In this document: positions 62,377-64,000 of the stretch, piece by piece
How positions within the stretch are numbered: position 1 is the stretch's first letter
Layout of the letters: every line of letters begins with the position of its first letter
Source of the DNA: an uncultured Gemmatimonadales bacterium
GTDB lineage: Bacteria > Gemmatimonadota > Gemmatimonadetes > Longimicrobiales > RSA9
Assembly: GCA_963741945.1 (NCBI GenBank)
Contig: CAVUKA010000006.1
Coordinates: forward strand, 128,001 to 192,000
DNA length: 64,000 nucleotides
Direction of reading: 5' to 3'
Position numbers and translations under genes: made by a program
The notes under the pieces: generated by a model
Seen by the model: the letters and a program-made list of their open reading frames with translations, nothing else
Told to the model about the DNA's origin: nothing
Databases searched by the model: none

Positions 62377-64000
62377 GGCTGAGCGCGCGACGAATCGCGG
62401 CCTTCACATCCACGCGCACTTCCTTCTTCTCGGCCGCTTCGAGAGCGGCGCGCGCTTCGGGAGTGCCGAGGCGGGCCAGCGCCTGCACGGCGGCGGTGGC
62501 GAAGAGCGGGTCGTAGTCTTTCAGGCCGCGGCCGGCCACGGCGAGGGCGCGGGCCGTATCCCCGGTGGCGACCAGGCCGAAGAGGGCACTGCTGCGGAGC
62601 CCCCGGGACTCGGTGGCCGCAGTCAGGCGAACGAGTGCATCCACCGTCCGCGGATCGTGGAAGTCGGACATCACGCGGGCCGCCGCGCGCCGCATGGCCT
62701 CCGGGTGGCCGGGCTCACTGGCCTCGATGACCGTCGCAAGCGCTTCGTCGCCGGCGAGCGCCGCGTAGGTGGTGAGCGCCGCCGTGCGGACCTGTGTGGC
62801 CGGGTCGTGCTCGACCATGTCCAGCGCCGTACGGGCCAGTCCCTCGGGGTCCAGGCGCTGCATCACCCGGAGCGCTTCCGCGCGCACGTCGGCATCGGGG
62901 TCTCGCAGCGCAGACCTGATCACGGCGACGTCTTCCGGCGCCGCGGCGGTCGGCTGACCGTCGGGGGGCGCTCCAACGGCAGCGCTCCGCGCCCCGCGAC
63001 TGTTGCGGCCGTGCGGCTCCCCGCCCGCGATCTGCCGGATCGCCTCGACCCGGAGCTGGGGGACGTGCTCGTTCAGCACGATGAAGCGACGCGCGGCGGC
63101 GGCAGCGCTGTCACGGGAGGCGGCGAGGGCGTGGAGCGCCCAGTTCCGGGCGGCGGTGTCCAGGTCGTGCCGTGCCATGCGGGCGAGCTCGGCCGCGCTC
63201 TGGTCCGTGTGCACGCTTCCCATGAGCCATCCGCCCTCGTCGAAACGGAAGGACAGGGGCGCGGAGGGGAGCGGGATGCGGAAGGCCTCGCGCGCCTTCG
63301 ACACCATCACGTCGTGGCGCACCACGGAATCGGCAGTCACCACGCGGATGGTGGTCGGAAACCGGAACACGGGGCGGACGGAGTCCACCGGCTGCGTCTG
63401 CTGGACGGTGACGGTGAGGACACGCGCGTCCCGGTCCCACTGGCGGGTGACGTCCAGCCGCGGATAGCCCACGCCGTAGGCCCACTGATCGAAGAACCAG
63501 TCCAGGTCGCAGCCGCACGTCTTCTCGAAGGCAACGGCGAAGTCCGGGGTGGTCACGGGCTTGTGGGCGTTGTCCACGAGGAACCGGTGCATCCCTGCCC
63601 AGAAGACGGAGTCACCCAGGAGCCGTCTCAGCTGGTGGGCGACCTGCGCGCCTTTCGGGTAGATGTGGCCGCTGAAGAAGAGCACGATGGGGTCGCTCCC
63701 CGGGTACTCACCCCACACGAGCGGCCGCGCCTGCCGCTCGTCCGCCTGCATGGCCTGCTGCTGCTGGCCATACCACTCGAGCTGCCCCTCGCCCCACCCC
63801 CGCGTCTTCTCCGCGTAAACCGATTCCATGTACGTGGTCAGCCCCTCGTTCAACCACGCGTTCGCCCAGTTCGCCGTGGTCGTATAATCGCCGAACCACT
63901 GGTGGGCCAGCTCGTGCGCGACGAGCCCGCGGCTCCCGCTGGGCTCGGTCCCCGGGCCCTCGAGGGCATCATCCGTCTGCGTGGTGGCGGAAACGTTCTC
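62369..64000 (-). CDS. M1-family aminopeptidase with C-terminal HEAT repeats; 5'-truncated by window edge
   Basis: ENVSATTQT at window end, LVAHELAHQWFGD (HExxH), WLNEG, YPKGA, WFFDQW. Confidence 0.92.
   Translation of the reverse strand, partial: ENVSATTQTDDALEGPGTEPSGSRGLVAHELAHQWFGDYTTTANWANAWLNEGLTTYMESVYAEKTRGWGEGQLEWYGQQQQAMQADERQARPLVWGEYPGSDPIVLFFSGHIYPKGAQVAHQLRRLLGDSVFWAGMHRFLVDNAHKPVTTPDFAVAFEKTCGCDLDWFFDQWAYGVGYPRLDVTRQWDRDARVLTVTVQQTQPVDSVRPVFRFPTTIRVVTADSVVRHDVMVSKAREAFRIPLPSAPLSFRFDEGGWLMGSVHTDQSAAELARMARHDLDTAARNWALHALAASRDSAAAAARRFIVLNEHVPQLRVEAIRQIAGGEPHGRNSRGARSAAVGAPPDGQPTAAAPEDVAVIRSALRDPDADVRAEALRVMQRLDPEGLARTALDMVEHDPATQVRTAALTTYAALAGDEALATVIEASEPGHPEAMRRAAARVMSDFHDPRTVDALVRLTAATESRGLRSSALFGLVATGDTARALAVAGRGLKDYDPLFATAAVQALARLGTPEARAALEAAEKKEVRVDVKAAIRRALSHD

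Noticed and set aside
1-64000. tRNA, rRNA, CRISPR arrays, transposases/integrases, selenocysteine read-through
   Set aside because: None recognised; intergenic gaps are short and no in-frame TGA interrupts the redox genes. Small ncRNAs cannot be excluded by eye.

Overview
High-GC window from a probably diderm bacterium (porin-like gene, lipoprotein PstS) dominated by a near-complete dissimilatory sulfate-reduction island. A co-directional + strand run from 17.7 to 57.4 kb carries rex, aprBA, two small Cys-rich genes, qmoABC, sat, an OsmC-family gene, dsrC-T-M-K-J-O-P-A-B-D-L-N, siroheme biosynthesis fusions, two TauE/TSUP transporters, an SLC13/DASS permease and a dense set of histidine kinases and stand-alone receiver proteins. 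Divergently (- strand, 5.8-17.4 kb) lies an Hmc/Tmc-like redox operon: two extra NarI-like + CCG-domain (DsrMK-like) pairs, a 4Fe-4S subunit with no Tat signal, an NrfD-family protein fused to a hexaheme c3-type cytochrome, a Cys-PAS sigma54 activator with a NifB/NifX-family gene, a PAS kinase and two receivers. Five Rex-like boxes (CGTG-N8-CAC core) link both directions. Five paralogous cytidylate-kinase-like proteins (four with BON domains), a PEP-synthase-like protein fused to a receiver, a sensor kinase with a CxxCH insertion and a kinase-dead HisKA protein suggest an uncharacterised signalling layer around the island. The right end holds porin-pstS-pstC-pstA (no pstB), a DVU0298-like HEAT protein and a partial M1 aminopeptidase. 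All calls come from motif recognition only; no database searches were run.
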